Positions 38,720-57,222 are shown, counted from the stretch's first letter. The stretch: DNA of 64,000 nucleotides from the human T2T-CHM13v2.0 reference genome, Homo sapiens (GCF_009914755.1 NC_060947.1), one strand, 5' to 3'. The notes: generated by a model not told the origin, from the letters alone. Translations and numbers: made by a program.

Positions 38720-41700
38720 AAGGTAGGAGGGGAAGTGCTTTCTGGGAAGCAATTAAAATGAAGTCATCAGATTTGGCTGGGTTATGAGAGATTAATAAAA
38801 TCTGAAATATTTATTTTGCTTCATTTACATGAAAATTCACTAGTCATTAGTTACTACCAACACGGACAAAAAGAGCATCTATAAAAGTACAGGGGCAATG
38901 TCAAAAGCTGAAATGGGCACCCTAGCACAGGGGATTTTTTTATTTTGCTTTTAACTTGGAAAAGATGATTTTGTAAAAAATGACTTTATATTCTTAGAAC
39001 ATCAAAATAACCTCTGACAATATTCAAGATAATTAGCAGTAACAGGGGAATAGGTGCACTGAGCTCTCTACCTGCACCAGCAGACTACTGCAATAAGCCA
39101 AGGGAAAAGAAAATAGAAAGTCGAGTAAGATGCCAAAGTCACAGGATGGAGAAAAATATAAGATGACACGCAATGGAACAGTGAAAACTCAACCCCCCAC
39201 CCCACACCCCAAGCATATTTAGGAAATATGCACCAGGAAGTGAACAAGTATAATGATTAAACCTTAGTAGAATTATACTAACTACTTTAAACTGTGGTCT
39301 ACTTGTACTGACTTTTCAAAGGTGGGTGGGTCGTAGAGGCTGTAATGGTAACATTGACATGCCCACAGGAGCCTTGTAAGGTTCCAAAGGACTGGATCAC
39401 CATAACCAAACAGCTACCCCCACATTCTTTCTATCCTACATAAGCATTCCTGCCCCCCACCCTCTACCTTAACCACCCTCTGTAATGCCTTGTTCGACTG
39501 TTTTTCTCAGTGATCAAAAAAAGTTAATGTGACTTGGCCAATGATGTCAGAAATCAAGATGGAGACAAAAATCAAATGTCACTAGCCAAAGCGAGTACCA
39601 ATTCTTGGGCTTTAAAGTCTACCCAAAGTCCTACTGGCTCAGAATGAAAATGATGCAAGTGAGCAGAAGTTTGTCAGGCCTGGTCCAGACCAGACTGGAC
39701 TGGTCACTGACTAAGTAAGAGTAGGAGTTATAAGCTGATCCCAAGACACACCAGCAGAAATAAAAAACTGCAAGTCCTTGGGGATCAGTGACTATACACA
39801 ACCAGTGTTTTGCTTATGGTCCTACAATGTAAAGGGGTCATTTCTGGGGGTTCCCAAATGACTTTGTTCAAGAGAGGTCACATAAAAGCTAGAAATGGAA
39901 CCTCAGGTGAAGGATGACAGTCTCTTCAAGTGGTGAAGCAAAGATCAGACCCCACCTTCCACAATTTGTCCTCCAATTAGAAAAAGTTCATCTCCCTGTA
40001 ATGAACCTTAGTTTTCCTGGCTTTTAAGTTGTGTATTTTGTCAGATAAATAAAAATCTAGGAATATGGCCATTTATGGTTCCTTCTTGTAACCTTCCAAA
40101 CCCAAAATGCTGAATCCAAATAAAAATCAAGGTTGGAGATGACCCACTTGTTTCACCCTGGGCTAGGGGAAAAAGAGGTTGTGGAAGGAAGAAAAGCCGT
40201 TTGGCAAACTGGAATCATACCTGCCAAAGCAGCAATTTTACCTCTCACAGTGAATGCCTACAAAATAAGAAATTTTCTTAATGGTGTGAGAGTTAACAAT
40301 ACTGTCATTTGATTGTGTCAGATAGATTCAAGATGCACAGAAATAGCAACTGCAAAAAATATCTTAGCAATTTTAAGTCCAAGTGCTTCCTATTAGAAAA
40401 TGGAGATATAGGTATCTCACAGCTCAGTGATACTGGTTGCTTTTAGAGCTCCAAAGGATTCATCCCTCTGTGGCTCCAGAAAGAAAATTCCAAGCCATGT
40501 AAATTTACTACTATCCCTTCCTTTGCTGGATATAGAAGTCCTACCTTCAAGACGTTGTGAAAGGTTGGGCAGGTCCAAGAGAAGGGGGACCACATTAAGG
40601 GAGCTGATTCCAAAGAGGAGGTTTTTCTATACTTTGTTTCTACTTCTGTCTGGTTAGATGTACACTCTTGTCATTTTTCTTTGGTTTATGTAAGAAGTAT
40701 CTGGGCAGGGGTCAAGGCATTGCAGGGCTCCCTCCCCCTGAAAATCATGGATTCTCTTAATCTGGGACAGATTAGGACTAAATAGTCTGACACTGTTTTC
40801 AATTTCCTATGATCTGGTCATTGTAAGTGGGCAGTAAGCAAATAGCCTTCTGGTTGTCTGGGCAAAAATCACCAAGGACCTGCTGTGGGTTAAGGTGCAT
40901 GGGGTTTTTCAAAAAGAACCCTGCTAGAAGATTAGTCAGTTGTATTTCTGTAGAAATGGTACTTCTTGGGCAAGAATATCACAAAGCCCAAAAGGAGGTA
41001 TATGAGGCTGGAAGCCTCAATTCCTGAATGAAGACACAATGCTAATTTATTGCAAGCCATGTTTCCCTCCCTCATAGTTAGGCTGCCCAAGGAGGGAAAC
41101 TGGAAATGCAAGGTTGTCTCAAGATTATCTCCAGCAAGGAGGAATAGCCTCTTTATCCTGGGCAGATCCTGGCCACACAGGAGGCTGAGAATCTTTTAAT
41201 AGAATTCTTCTCAAGGCCCAGGCCAGAGTCCTCTAAAGTCTTCCTTGCAAAGCAAATGAAAAGATCCAGTAGTCAGAATGTCAATGAACAAATGAAACAA
41301 TCTAGGCGTGTAAAATCAAATAGTTTCCTCACACTTCCCTACCCTATCTTTCCAAAGCTAGTCCTCTCTCCTTCAGGGATTCATGTCAATCAATTCTAGC
41401 CTGAAACCAATTTGACCCTGGAGTTCCAGAAGAGATTTCCTCCAAATTGGCTGAAAGCCCTTTCAAATGGTAGTCACCTCCCATCCCCCCTTTTCTCTCC
41501 AAACCTTCATAAGGAAATGCCCAACTCTTCCCAATCCCATTCCAACCTCCTGTTTTCACCATATGGGATGTGAGGGCTCTGTTCAAGATTAAGCTTGTAA
41601 CAACCCAAGAGTTTATTGTTCTGAACAGGCAATTTCTGGAAAGTACTTTTTGTCTGATTTAGAGAAGCCCATCCAACTTCTCATAGTTGTGAATGCACTG

Positions 41701-41806
41701 TGACTTAGTAAGAATTTCAGATTAAAAGTGTGGTCTTTTGAAACCTTCCACTCCATAGCAGTGGAAGCATTTCTGGGAAATTGAGTAAATCCTCTGGGAC
41801 ATCACC

Positions 41807-42024
41807 ATGTATGTATGTATGTATGTATGTATGTATGTGTGTATATATGTGTGTATATATATATACACACATATATACACACATACACACACACTTACAT
41901 ATATATAAAATATGTATAGATAAATAGATCTGTCTCTTTATATAAAGGGTATGTGTATGCATATACACACATTCATATATACACCCACCCACACAACATC
42001 CACCCACACCCACACACAAGCACA

Positions 42025-42076
<52 letters not shown>
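41807..42076. repeat. Compound microsatellite: (ATGT)8, mixed TA/TG/CA, and (CA)24 at 42029-42076
   Basis: Read directly from the sequence. Confidence 0.95.
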
Positions 42077-42078
<2 letters not shown>

Positions 42079-42907
42079 CTCTTGAGTCCCTTTCGTACTC
42101 AAGTTCATTACACTGATTCCCACCCTTTCATGGTGTGGGCAATAGGGAGTGAATGAACTGTGCCACATCTTCTATTTTACAAACAATGCACTGGTTGAGA
42201 GGCAGGAAAAATCTGCCCAGTACTTTTCTGATTCACTTGAATCCCCCAGTACAAAGGCCATTGATAGTTTTTTTGAAGTGTATAAAATAAAAAATAAAAA
42301 TTAAAATAACCAATACTACCTTACTTTTCTGAAAACATCTACCTATCTGATTGTCAGGCCAAAGCTAGAGGTGGTGGTACAAAATCCAGGGGTAGGTAAG
42401 TTGGAAGGAGTGAAGAAGAGGTAGATACCACTTCATAGAGAAAAAAAAAAAACAAAAAAAAACCTCAGGAGGCCACAGCTGTCCCCACAACCTCATAGGT
42501 TTATCATATAAGTCTTTGATAATGAGTATCATTATAAATGCTCAGAAAAACCAAAGCTAGAGCTTTTCTATAGGACCTTATGTGATGATACCCAATTTCT
42601 GACAGCTACTGCCTTACTAGGCTCCCAGAGGAGATAAATAAACTATTGGTGCTATATCTTCAATTTGAGACTAGGACCTAGTCTTACTGCCATTCATCTT
42701 TGACCAGAACTTCTCCAGAAACAGACCACTGAATCTGAAGTCCCAGAAACAGGCAGGGAAGGGGAAAAGATGGACACAATAGGACATCCCACCAAAATCC
42801 TGGAGAAATCTAGGGTAAGCATTTATATCCTCCTCTAGCTTGGGCCTAAAATCAGAAAAGTAAAAGTTTTTCCCTCTTCCTGGTTTGGTGAAGCCATCTT
42901 CAGCTTA

Positions 42908-43162
42908 TCAGTCCTCTTTCCGTTGTGCCACAGTTTCTAGCTTTTGCTCTTGTAAGTGGTTCTTCTCCCTATTATTCATAGGGAGGTAGCGGTTACCATT
43001 ATTACACTCATTGCTGTCTCTGGATAAGGCACATTGTGATGGAGCTGGAAGACGATGATCACTCTTCTCTTCCTTGATCAATGCGCCACTGTTTCCATTT
43101 ACCTGGGAGCGAGACCGACCTTGATGAAGCTCCAGGGATTTAGAAACTCCATCTGAAGAGCC
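42908..43162 (-). CDS. FAM120C: FAM120C terminal coding exon, GSSDGVSKSLELHQGRSRSQVNG...QKLETVAQRKED*
   Basis: TGTTTTTAACAG| acceptor; 84 codons then TGA (42910-42908), immediately followed by TAA. Confidence 0.9.
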   Translation of the reverse strand, partial: GSSDGVSKSLELHQGRSRSQVNGNSGALIKEEKSDHRLPAPSQCALSRDSNECNNGNRYLPMNNREKNHLQEQKLETVAQRKED

Positions 43163-44221
43163 CTGTTAAAAACAGAGATACTCAGTGGAAATGGGAATCC
43201 CAGACTGGCTGACCCTTCCTAAGCATATTCATAAGCTAGCCTGAGGAAGCGGCTTCAGTTCTTCAAAAACACCAGAAGACCTCAAGCTGGTTGACAACTA
43301 GTACAATCTTTTTTTTTTTTTTTAAGACGGAGTCTCGCTCTGTCGCCCAGGCTGGGGTGTAGTCTGCAATCTCGGCTCACTGTAACCTCTGTCTCCAAGG
43401 TTCAAGCAATCCTCCCACCTCAGCCTCCTGAGAGTAGCTGGGATTACAGGCGCCCACCACCATGCCTAGCTAATTTCTGTATTTTTAGTAGAGATGGGGT
43501 TTCCTCATGTTGGCCAGCCTGGTGTCGAACTCCTGGCCTCAACTGATCTGCCCGCCTGAGCCTCCCAAAGTGCTGGGATTACAGGTGTGAGCCACCACAC
43601 CCAGCCGGATACCTAGTACATTCTGATATTATCTTGAGAAGTTAGGGTGAAAACATATAGACCCAAATGAAATCCAATGGCAATGACAACACAATAATGA
43701 CACAGCTTTTTCTTTTTTTATACAGGGTCTTGCTCTGTCACCCAGAGTGGAGTGGAGTGCTGCGATCCTGGCTCACTGCAGCCATGACCTCCTGGGCTCA
43801 AGCCATCTTCCCACCTCAGCCCCCCAAGTAGCTGGGACTACAGGCGTGCACCACCACATCCAGCTGATTTTTGTATTTTTTGTAGAGACAGGGTTTCACC
43901 ATGTTGGCCACACTGGTCTTGAACTCCTGAGCTCAGGTGAACTGCCTGCCTCAGCCTCCCAAAGTGCTGGGATTATGGGTGTGAGCCACCGCACCTGGCT
44001 GACACTGCTACTATTTACAAAGCTTTACAATATGTTTTTCTAATACTATGGGGATCCTAAATGGTAGATATGATCATGCCCCATTTGCTGATGAGGAAGG
44101 TGAGGCTCAGAAATATTAAAGCAACTTGCTCAAGGAGACACAGATACAAAGTCATAGGGCCAGGATTCTACTCCTCTAAAGTCTGTTCTCTTAACTGCCA
44201 TGCAACACTGCCCAACGCTGA

Positions 44222-44528
<307 letters not shown>

Positions 44529-44791
44529 TGATCCACCCGCCTCAGCTCCCAAAGTGCTGGTATTATAGGCGTGAGCCACAGAATCTTTCATAACTAAAAA
44601 CAATCACCTGGTTTTTGTAAATCCCAGGAATATGGTAGCTACTGCTAATGATATGAACTACATTACCTTGTAGTGCAGTGCTGGCTCTTAATGAATGGTG
44701 CTAGGAATAATAACAGCTTCTGACTACTAAGTGGTTGGACATGCCACATACTCTGTTGTTCCTTTTACAGATAAGAAAACTGAAGCTCCTA

Positions 44792-45085
<294 letters not shown>

Positions 45086-45454
45086 TCATGTAACAACTCT
45101 ACAACATAGATACCAATTTCTCCAATTTTATAGATGAGAAAACTAGGGCAGAGAGGCTAAGTAACTTGCCCAAGGTCACAGAACTAGTAAGTAGCAGAGC
45201 CACATTCAAAGCTAGATCATTTGGTTCCAAAGTCTGTACAATATGGGGCTTACTGTGAAGTATTGTCCAACAACCTGGAAATAACATGAAACAAGTAACA
45301 GCCATACAAATGGATGGAATTAGCCACCTGAAGGAATCAACAAATACATCAAAACATTACAAGTAAGTGACTTAAGAATTTAAGAACAGGCGGCCAGGCG
45401 CTGTGGCTCATGCCTGTAATCCTAGCACTTTGGGAGGCCGAGGCAGGCAGATCA

Positions 45455-45670
<216 letters not shown>

Positions 45671-45770
45671 TCAAAAAAAAAAAAAAAAAGAATTTAAGAA
45701 CAGGCCTGGCCGGGTGTGGTAGCTCACGCCTGTAATCCCAGCACTTTGGGAGGCCGAGGCGGGCGGATCA

Positions 45771-46043
<273 letters not shown>

Positions 46044-46683
46044 TCACTACTAAAAATATAAAAATTCGCCGGGTGTGGTGGTGCACTACTGTAATCCCAG
46101 CTACTTGGGAGGCTAAGGCAGGACAATCGCTTGAACCCAGGAGGCGGAGGTTGCAGTGAGCTGACATCGCGCCAGCCTGAGTGATGGAGCAAGACTGTTT
46201 TTTTAAAAAAAAAAAAATACAAAAAAAAAAAGAATTTAAGAACATATAAAACTCTTGTAGCCTAGGAATAATCTCAGGAAGACAGGATTACAGTGTAACC
46301 AGATTTAATAAGCTGGAACATTTTATTAATTATCTCATACTCTTCTTTTTCTGTCCCGACTGAAACAGAAAAAGAAGAGTCAAAAACGAAGTCAGCAGCA
46401 GCTCTGTCCAGAGAAGATGGCTTGCTATAAACCAAGTTGAAATGAGGATTTCCTTGGCTAGGTGACCTCTAGAGCAGATAATAGTGTCCGCAGCCATCTT
46501 AGCTAAGAGAAACTTAAGATCACCTACCATCCCTTGTTTTCTGTCACTTTCCTCATCTGTAAAATAGATAGAATAAGGGTATCTACTTCGTAGGTTCCTG
46601 TAAGTATTCAATGAGACACTATATATAAAGCACTTAGAACATATGTGTTTGGCACAGTGTAAGAACTCAATAAATGCTCACTA

Positions 46684-46857
<174 letters not shown>

Positions 46858-47777
46858 TCAGAAGGCTGAGGTAGGAGGATCACTTGAGCCCAGGGGTTTG
46901 AGGCTGCAGTAAACTATGATTGCAACACTGCACTCCAGCCTAGGTGACTCATTAAAAAAAAAGCTAGCTAATATCATTGGTCTGATTCCATGCCCCCAAG
47001 CAAACTTCTGATACCAAGGCCTCTCTTGTAGCTTGCCCTTAGAGAAAGAAAGCTCTAGTAGTAATGGTTAAAGGCATGTACGCTAGAGTCAGCCACACTT
47101 GAGTCTGATGTTTGTCTCTAACAACTAGAGTTGTTATACTATATTGGAATTAGCATAGCACGGGGCTTTGCAATCAGTTAGCTCAGGCTGTAATGTCAAT
47201 TCTGATACTGACTTCATAGATAATTTGGGGCAAGATACTTCATTCTTCTGAGTCTCAATTTCCTCCTGTTTAAAATGGGGAACAGGCCAGGTGTGGTGGC
47301 TCATTCCTATAATCCCGGCACTTTGGGAGACCCAGCTTGAGGCCAAGAGTTTGATACCAGCCTGGGCAACATGGCAAAACCCCATCTCTACAAAAAATAT
47401 TTAAAAATTAGCTGGGTGTGGTGGCTCACACATGTAGTCCCAGCTTACTCAGGAGGCTGAGGTGGGAAATTTGCTTGAGCCTGGGAGGTTGAGGCTGCAG
47501 TGCACTGCACTCTAGCTTGGGTGACAGAGCGAGACCCTGTCTCAAAAAAATAATAATAATAAAATGGAGAATAATAAATACTTCACAGGGTATTTATGTG
47601 GTTTCAATGAGCTCACGTGTTTGTAAGAGTGATTAGAAGAGTAAATGTGTAATACATTGTGATAACTATTTCTTATCATAAATCAGTTCTTTATCTCTCA
47701 CCCCCTTCTTCCCCCACCCCTTAGCCATATCCACACAGCTATTTCTATAATCTTGGTTAGTGTGAGTCAACCACTAA

Positions 47778-48118
<341 letters not shown>

Positions 48119-48917
48119 GAGATCTACTCTTATTGTACCAAAAGTATCAGGCTTTTCAGACTGTATGCCTGATGACCAGACCCTGAATCGCGGTGAATTC
48201 ACCAAGGCTATACTACCTTACGAGAGCCTATCTGGTGATTAGCTTTCCTTCTAGGTGCATCCGTTTACCTTACTGAGCAGCTTCAAGAAAAAGCTGAGAA
48301 GCTTTGGAAAAATCACCAAAGTCACTGTTCTCTAGCTTTGGAGTGCATTATGAAATGCTTTGCGTGGGAGACTTACTATCTAGTTCCATTTTTGCCTAAA
48401 AATAACATTAAAGCAAATTTATCTTCTTTGAGGAAACATTAGATGATGGGGATTAACATGGATGCAGTGAGGGCTGGCTGTATACAGAATAGATTTAGGA
48501 TTGAGAACTGATGACAAAATTGCCCAGGATTACAGACTACATGTAGAATGTCTAGAGGGGGCTTGGTAGAAAGTAGGTACTCAAGAAATGGTAGCTGCTA
48601 TACTATAAGAAGCCCAGCAGTTTGAGTCTACTACAATATTTTGGATCACTACAAGAATAGGTCCTCCTAGTTTGTATTTGGGTGGGGTGGGGCATACCTA
48701 ATGAGGACCAGTGGGAACTGTGATATAATCCAAGGCATGGATTAGAAGAAAGTTTAAAGGCCGGGCGCAGTGGCTCACACCTATAATCCCAGCATTTTAA
48801 GAGGCTGGAGGATCACTTGAGCCCAGGACTTTGAGACCAGCCTGGGGCAACAAAGTAAGACCCTGTCTCTACAAAAAAAAAAAAGAAAAACTTTGGGAGG
48901 CCAAGGCGGGCAGATCA

Positions 48918-49166
<249 letters not shown>

Positions 49167-49317
49167 TTAGCAGGGTGTGGTGGCACACACCTGTAGTCCC
49201 AGCTACTTGAGAGACGGAGCTGCGAGGATTGCGTGAGGCAAGGAGGTAGAGGCTACAGTGAGCTGTGATTGTGCCACTGCACTCCAGCCTGCCTGAGTGA
49301 CAGAGTGAGACCCTGTC

Positions 49318-49357
49318 GAGAGAGAGAGAGAGAGAGAGAGAAAGAAGAGAGAGAGAA
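49318..49357. repeat. (AG)n tract replacing an Alu tail
   Basis: Read directly from the sequence. Confidence 0.85.
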
Positions 49358-49411
49358 AGTTCAAGACATTTCTGAGTCATTAAGAATAAGCAGGCCGGTT
49401 GCGGTGGCTCA

Positions 49412-49771
<360 letters not shown>

Positions 49772-50107
49772 TCAGGCAGGCTGTGGGCAGTCTCACTGTT
49801 AGCATCACTCTGGCCCCTTTCTGGCTGCATGCTGCACATAGTATACTAGGGGCAGGTCTTTAGGACACAGTACCTGGTTTCTATCTTGTGGCCTCACTCG
49901 GAAAAGGGTAAGACTCGCAGCCCTGTGGGAAAAGCTTGAGGCAGGCTAACCCTCACTATACCACTAGAATGAAATCAAATGCCTGGAGGAGTTGAGAAGC
50001 TCCCCTAAGCAGCTCAGGTTTCCATGCCTGATGTGATCTCTTTTAGTTTAGCTGAAAAGGCAAAAGGCATCAAACAGAAGCTAAATAATCTCAAAAAAAA
50101 TACTTAC

Positions 50108-50165
50108 TTGCTTATTTCCTTTTTTGTGTCCCTTGGATCCTCTACCAGTCTGTTCTTTTCCATGC
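50108..50165 (-). CDS. FAM120C: FAM120C penultimate exon (58 nt), (G)HGKEQTGRGSKGHKKGNKQ
   Basis: TTTTTTTCTCACTTGCTAAAG| acceptor and CAA|GTAAGT donor; phase 2 in and phase 0 out bridge the flanking exons exactly. Confidence 0.88.
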
Positions 50166-50404
50166 CTTTAGCAAGTGAGAAAAAAAGTGATCATGAGAAA
50201 CATAAAGCCCACACACCCCTTTTCACTTGGTTAACTATTCGTCTCCTCTTAGAAGTTTGACCCTCTTCAGTCAGATGCCCCTTCTCAGTGTTACTACTGA
50301 ACATCTATCTTGGTCATTCCTATATTGTACTGAACTGAATTGTTCTGTATCCCATGTCCTCCTCTAAGGCAAAAACTCTTTCATTAAGGCAGGGCAATTT
50401 ATTA

Positions 50405-51123
<719 letters not shown>

Positions 51124-51197
51124 CTAGGCATTTTCCCAAGGAGGCCTAGGCATTTTCCCAAGGGGACTAGCTCATATCAACCTATTTGGGTACATAC

Positions 51198-51336
51198 CCC
51201 TTTCCTGGCCCACCGACAGAAACCACTTGCATGCCGAAGGATCCTCGGCCCCTGGAGGATCTGCTGCCAGCCCACTGGCCCACAACCATCCCAGCAATCT
51301 CCAGTTTTCCTCCTTGGGGTGGGATTGGATGGAGAC
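51198..51336 (-). CDS. FAM120C: FAM120C exon (139 nt), (G)LHPIPPQGGKLEIAGMVVGQWAGSRSSRGRGSFGMQVVSVGGPGK(G)
   Basis: TTCTATCTTGCCAG| acceptor and GGG|GTATGT donor; GGKLEIAG.VVG.WAGS motif shared with FAM120A. Confidence 0.94.
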
Positions 51337-51438
51337 CTGGCAAGATAGAAAGAATGGTGGTAATGGGCCAGGTGTGGTGGTTCACGCCTGTAATCCCAAA
51401 ACTTTGGGAGGCTGAGTCGGGCGGATTACTTGAAGTCA

Positions 51439-51732
<294 letters not shown>

Positions 51733-52279
51733 CTACCTACTCTTCTTTCCATTTCTCTCTGATAAAAAGACTCTGTGGCAGGGCACGGTGGCTCATGCCT
51801 GTAATCCCAGCACTTTGGGAGGCCGAGGCGGGTGGATCACCTGAGGTCAGGAGTTCGAGAGCAGCCTGGCCAACATGGGGAAACCTCGCCTCTACTAAAA
51901 ATACAAAAATTAGCCGGGCGTGGTGGTCCGTGCCTATAGTCCCAGTTACCCAGGAAGCTGTGGCAGGAGAATCGCTTGAACCCAGGAGGTGGAGGTTGCA
52001 GTGAGCCAAGTTCACACCTCTGCACTCCACTCCAGCCTGGGGGACGGAGTAAGACTCTGTCTCAAAAAAAAAAAAAAAAAAGATTCTGTGATAACAGAAA
52101 GGTGTCATGATGGAAGCACATTTAGTGAGGAGGGCCGGAGATCTGTACACATCTACTTTACCAAGTATGGTGCAGGTGACTCATTTTTTAATCACAGATC
52201 ATAGCATATAGTAGGCATTCAGTATTTGTTGAAAGAATGAATGTCTTAACATCTAGTTATTGGAAAATTACAAGCCTAA

Positions 52280-52412
<133 letters not shown>

Positions 52413-52698
52413 TAGCTGGGACTACAGGCACATGCCACCACGCCCAGCTAATGTTTGTATTTTTAGTAGAGACAGGGGTTCACCGTATTGGCCAGGCTGG
52501 TCTCGAACTCCTGACCTCAAGTGATCCACCTGCCTCAGGCTCTCAAAGTGCTGGGATTACAGGCATGAGCCACCGTGCCCGGTCCTAAACTACTTTTGAT
52601 ACAAATATACATCATTACAGATTGTAGAATTAGCCAAACAACCAACAACCAAACTAAACTGAAAATAATGAAACTAAACTAACAGTAATTTATAATTA

Positions 52699-52845
<147 letters not shown>

Positions 52846-52888
52846 TTAGCCAGGCGTGGTGGCACATGCTTGTAGTCCCAGCTACTCA

Positions 52889-53089
<201 letters not shown>

Positions 53090-53308
53090 TCATAGAATAT
53101 GGAGTTCTACTAGGCCTTTAATTTTAGTTTATGACAAGAAACCAAATGAACCCTTAACTCATTTAGCAGGTTGTTAGTAAAGAGTACTTCATTTAGGCCA
53201 GGCATGGTGGCTCACACCTGTAATCCCAGCACTTTGGGAAGCCAAGGCAGGCAGGATCGCTTAAGCCCAGTTCAAGACCAGCCAGGGCAACATAGCGAGA
53301 CCCCATCT

Positions 53309-53309
<1 letters not shown>

Positions 53310-53362
<53 letters not shown>
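53310..53362. repeat. (CA)n microsatellite grown in the middle linker of an AluJ
   Basis: Read directly from the sequence. Confidence 0.9.
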
Positions 53363-53363
<1 letters not shown>

Positions 53364-55156
53364 AAAATATTAGTCAGGCATGTTGGTGCATGCTTGTAGT
53401 TCCAGCTATTCAGGGGGCTGAGATGAGCGAATCACTTGAGCCCAGGAAGTTGAGGCTGCAGCAAGCCATGATTGCACCACTGCACTCCAGCCTGGGCGAC
53501 AGAGTGAGACCCTGTATCCACACATACACACACACACGAGTCCTTCATTTATATAAAACTTTATAAAACTTGAGAGTCCAAGGAACTAGAGTGCTAGTTA
53601 CCTTTTTGTTTGTTTGTTTGACACAGAGCCTCGCCATGTCTCCTAGGCTGGAGTGCAGTGGCTCGATCTTGGCTCACTGCAATCCACCTCCCGGGTTCAA
53701 GCAATTATTGTGTCTCAGTCTCCCGAGTAGCTAGGATTACAGACAGGTGCCCGCCACCATGCCCGGCTAATTTTTATATTTTTTGTAGAGACAGGGTTTC
53801 ACCATGTTGGCCAGGCTTGTCTGGAACTCATGACCTCAAGTGATCTGCCCACTTTGGCCTCCCAACGTGCTGGATTACAGGTATGAGCCACTGCTCCCTG
53901 CCTAGAGTGCTAGTTACTTTTAAGAGGGACAAGAAAGACTTGCATTTGAGGATCCTACTGTGGGCTTTCAGGAGGCAAGAGGCTCCTTGTGAACCACCAG
54001 TAACTGGAGACTAAGCATCACTGGTAGGTAGGGCAGTGGTGACCTTCCAAGAACCTGGCTTAAATTAAGGCTGTCTTTTGAGACTTACAAAATAAAATCA
54101 ACACATAAAGAACGGAGAAAGGATCTGTAAAGTCATCTGAAAGGGATGGACTGGCTGGCTCCCTGGTTTTTAAGACTTGATCATGATCTGACTGAACAGG
54201 GAGTTACCAGAGCAGACTTTCACACTGTTCATCTAAGCCCAGCCTTGAGCTAACCACCCATACTGAATTTTGTCACCCTAAAAAACTAACTTCAACTTCC
54301 AGCTTTATTACTTTTAAAGGGAGGAGCAATAGATAACAAACACCTTCAACCACAGCGATGACACTCTGACCCAATCACAGAATCTTGCTATTTTATGTTG
54401 AAATGTCTCCACTAAAATATCCTGTTTCACTGCCAGGTGCCATGGCTCACGCCTGTAATCCCAGCACTTTGGGAGGCCAAGGCGGGCAGATCATCTGAGG
54501 ATGGGAGTTCAAGACCAGCCTGACGAATATGGTAAAACCCCGTCTCTACTAAAAATACAAAAATTAGCCGGGCTGTGGACAGAGGGAGACCAGGCCTCAA
54601 AAAAAAAAAAAAAATCTTGTTTCACCACGGGACAGGTTGTCTCAATTATCAGGATCAGTATCTGAGCAACCTAGGCATGATTGTGTATTCATCGTTAAAC
54701 TGTAGCTCAAGTGCCACCGTAATTTATACATATGTTTGTGTGTACATATGTGTGTGTGTGTGTATGTTTTCCTCACTAAACTGCAATCCTCTGGTGGCAT
54801 GGATGGTGACATATTTCTCTCCATGCTTCTGGAGCTGAAGGAAGGGAAATGTGTCAAGTATATTCGCAGAGTGGAAATGGATACATCAAGCTACTGTTGC
54901 CTACCAGCACTGGCCGTTTACTCTCACTGATCTTCCTGCAAGCTCCTGTGTGCATTGCCTATATGGAAGGAATGAACAAACAGTAACCATGAAGAGCCAG
55001 TCCATATGACTTACGGTTCTCTAAAGTAATAAAGTGGGTTCTGGTTTCCACATCAGTCACTTCATGAGTTTGGTTGGTGAGAGTCAAATCCCTGGGGACC
55101 AACGACCTCTATGAAGAATGGTCTTAAAAGTCAAAATGGATATAAGCTGCTCTTCA

Positions 55157-55351
<195 letters not shown>

Positions 55352-55362
55352 TCAGCTACTCA

Positions 55363-55545
<183 letters not shown>

Positions 55546-55596
55546 TTATTATGACATAAATTGAGGATGGTAAATACCTCATTCTTTGGTACTGAC

Positions 55597-55798
55597 CTGC
55601 AAATCCCCGGCTCCTCCCTTGAGGGGGAAGTGGCATGGAGCCCATAGCTCGGGAATAAAGTGAAACAGGGTAGAGAGAGGGCACCATGGGAGGCACAAAA
55701 GTAGGTGACGGAAGTAGAGCAGAAGGCGGTGGATGATTCATGTTGACTCCTTCAAGGATGCTCTGTCTCATCTTTTCCACTTTGGTTGCCAGGTCAGC
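55597..55798 (-). CDS. FAM120C: FAM120C exon (202 nt), ADLATKVEKMRQSILEG...PPQGRSRGFA(G)
   Basis: TTTGAAG| acceptor and CAG|GTCAGT donor; phases 0/1 fit the neighbouring exons. Confidence 0.93.
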
Positions 55799-56231
55799 CT
55801 TCAAATGAGGAAGAGTAATAATAGCAGCTGCCATTTTTCGAACTTGTCCCATGTTTTAGGCCCAGGATGGAGCACTCTAGGTACAGTCTCACAATTCTAT
55901 TCCCATTAAGTGAACTGAGGCCTGTCGTTAAAGGGCTCAAAGCTACACACTCAGGAAGCCTGTCTGGCACCAAAGCCCCGACTCTTTACATGACATCACA
56001 CTACCATCATATGAGTTCTGACTCAGGGCTTGTGATGTACATTGACTAGGTCAAGGAAGACAAATTTAACAATAAGAATTACTGATGGTCTATTACATGG
56101 CCGGCATTGGGCTGGGTCACTTTCTAAGGGAGATGTAACAGAATTAGATAAAAGAGAGAATAAAAATCTGACAAATAAAAAGCCTTTTAACCTTCTCCCC
56201 CATATCCAAGATTGGAGATCCTGATACCTCT

Positions 56232-57222
<991 letters not shown>

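Larger units (their letters stand above)
38225..42907 (-). other. FAM120C: FAM120C long 3' UTR (~4.7 kb, distal end approximate)
   Basis: Unique, Alu-free sequence running from the stop codon to an AATAAA with a downstream GU-rich element. Confidence 0.7.

Noticed and set aside
41717-42156. CV/HT-repeat ORFs
   Set aside because: Translations of the (CA)n microsatellite.
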